A stretch of DNA of 5,226 nucleotides from a virus: IMG/VR virus record IMGVR_UViG_3300038540_000012, positions 1-5,226 of that record; one strand, written 5' to 3'. This document shows, in pieces, positions 4,502-5,226 of the stretch. Every line of letters begins with the position of its first letter. The stretch's first letter is position 1. Below the pieces are notes generated by a model. The model worked only from the letters and a program-made list of their open reading frames with translations. It did not search any database and was not told the origin of the DNA. A program made the position numbers and the translations under genes.

Positions 4502-5226
4502 ATGTGCCTATATAGTCAAATAATAATGAACGGCAAATATAAGCCGAATAAAAAAAATGGGGGGATAATACCCCCCTTAAAAGATATAAGAGTGAAAGGC
4601 GTACCGATAGGGTGTGGGAATTGTATGGAATGTAGAAAGAAAAAAGCAAGAGAGTGGCAAGTAAGGTTGTTGGAAGATGTAAAACACAATAAGAACGGAA
4701 TAATGGTCACGTTAACGTTTAGTGATAAAAGTATATTAGATTTAAGTAAACAGCTAAAGAAAATAAAAATATCAAGACAATTCGTAAAGAATGTTAACGG
4801 AAAAGAAATAAAATACAATAAACAGGTGATTAAATATCCGGAAGAATTAAAAGGGTATGATAGAGACAATGCAATAGCAACCGAAGCAGTAAGATATTTT
4901 ACAGAGAAATGGAGAAAAAAATATAAGAAAACAATAAGACATTGGTTAGTTACGGAATTAGGACATAATGGAACGGAAAATATACATTTACACGGAATAT
5001 TGTGGACAGATGAAAGTATAAGTGAAATACGAGAAAAGTGGGGATATGGATTTATTTATCCGAGAAATGATCACGAAGAAAAGGAGAATTACGTCAGTGA
5101 AAGAACTGTAAATTATATTGTAAAATATATACATAAACAAGATACAATAAACAAACACTATAAAAGTAAAATACTGGTTAGTAATGGAATAGGAAAAGGT
5201 TATATCAATAGTAAAGAAGCAGAAAG
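4502..5226 (+). CDS. VP4: Replication initiation protein (rolling-circle HUH Rep, VP4 / gpA-like), N-terminal part. It runs off the window end; the true end is 468 after wrapping round the circle.
   Basis: This ORF is not in the ORF track because there is no stop before the window end, but I read the frame as open from ATG 4502, which is preceded by an in-frame TAA at 4490..4492. The product begins MCLYSQIIMNGKY... and has a Cys cluster GCGNCMECRKKKAREW typical of microvirus Reps. Motif 1 is MVTLTF (4703..4720). Motif 2 (HUH) is HLH in NIHLHGILW (4985..4993). Motif 3 is YIVKYIHK (5114..5137), with two Tyr residues spaced Y-x-x-x-Y as in phiX174 gpA (YVAKYVNK). Confidence 0.92.
   Translation, partial: MCLYSQIIMNGKYKPNKKNGGIIPPLKDIRVKGVPIGCGNCMECRKKKAREWQVRLLEDVKHNKNGIMVTLTFSDKSILDLSKQLKKIKISRQFVKNVNGKEIKYNKQVIKYPEELKGYDRDNAIATEAVRYFTEKWRKKYKKTIRHWLVTELGHNGTENIHLHGILWTDESISEIREKWGYGFIYPRNDHEEKENYVSERTVNYIVKYIHKQDTINKHYKSKILVSNGIGKGYINSKEAE
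4559..4576 (+). other. G6-N6-C6 hairpin embedded in the 5' part of rep.
   Basis: gggggg ataata cccccc, preceded by aaaaaaaat. It is a 6-bp all-GC stem with a 6-nt A/T loop in a genome with almost no other G or C runs. It encodes NGGIIPP. Confidence 0.5.
5120..5226. repeat. Terminal direct repeat, copy 2, identical to 1..107.
   Basis: Exact 107-nt identity with the window start. See copy 1. Confidence 0.95.

Noticed and set aside
4392-4869. Minus-strand ORFs 4392..4649 (85 aa) and 4516..4869 (117 aa).
   Set aside because: They are antisense to the VP2 3' end and the Rep 5' end and are hydrophobic and low-complexity. Same reasoning as above.
1-5226. Possible stop-codon reassignment (TAG or TGA recoding), as seen in some gut phages.
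   Set aside because: All recognised genes are intact with standard stops (TGA, TAG and TAA are all used as terminators). No conserved gene is interrupted by in-frame stops, so nothing suggests recoding.
1-5226. tRNA, rRNA, CRISPR array, integrase or transposase.
   Set aside because: I found no cloverleaf-capable GC-rich segment, no regularly spaced repeats and no ORFs with recombinase motifs. The genome is fully accounted for by microvirus genes and short intergenic gaps.

Overview
The window is a complete circular ssDNA phage genome of the family Microviridae, linearised with an overlap. Bases 1..107 are repeated exactly at 5120..5226, so the unit genome is 5119 nt. All credible genes are on the + strand, which is visibly A/purine-rich and about one-third GC by eye. 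Going round the circle the genes are: a rolling-circle replication initiator (VP4-like, 4502..5119 continuing into 1..468, 361 aa, with all three HUH-superfamily motifs); two small overlapping orphan ORFs (544..741 and 683..1033); the major capsid protein (VP1/F-like, 1036..3009, 657 aa); a small acidic protein (3087..3455, possible scaffold); and a glycine-rich, coiled-coil DNA-pilot/minor capsid protein (VP2/H-like, 3604..4500). I found no tRNA, rRNA, CRISPR, integrase, transposase or recognisable lysis gene. The points worth a second look are the genome's circularity, with the Rep gene split by the linearisation point. The capsid gene is large and divergent, and the gene order appears non-gokushovirus. 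There are three conspicuous stem-loops in or near the short intergenic regions, plus a G6-N6-C6 hairpin inside rep. No gene has a Shine-Dalgarno sequence, which hints at a Bacteroidota-type host. Nothing in the genome accounts for lysis. The long minus-strand ORFs in the track look like compositional artefacts.
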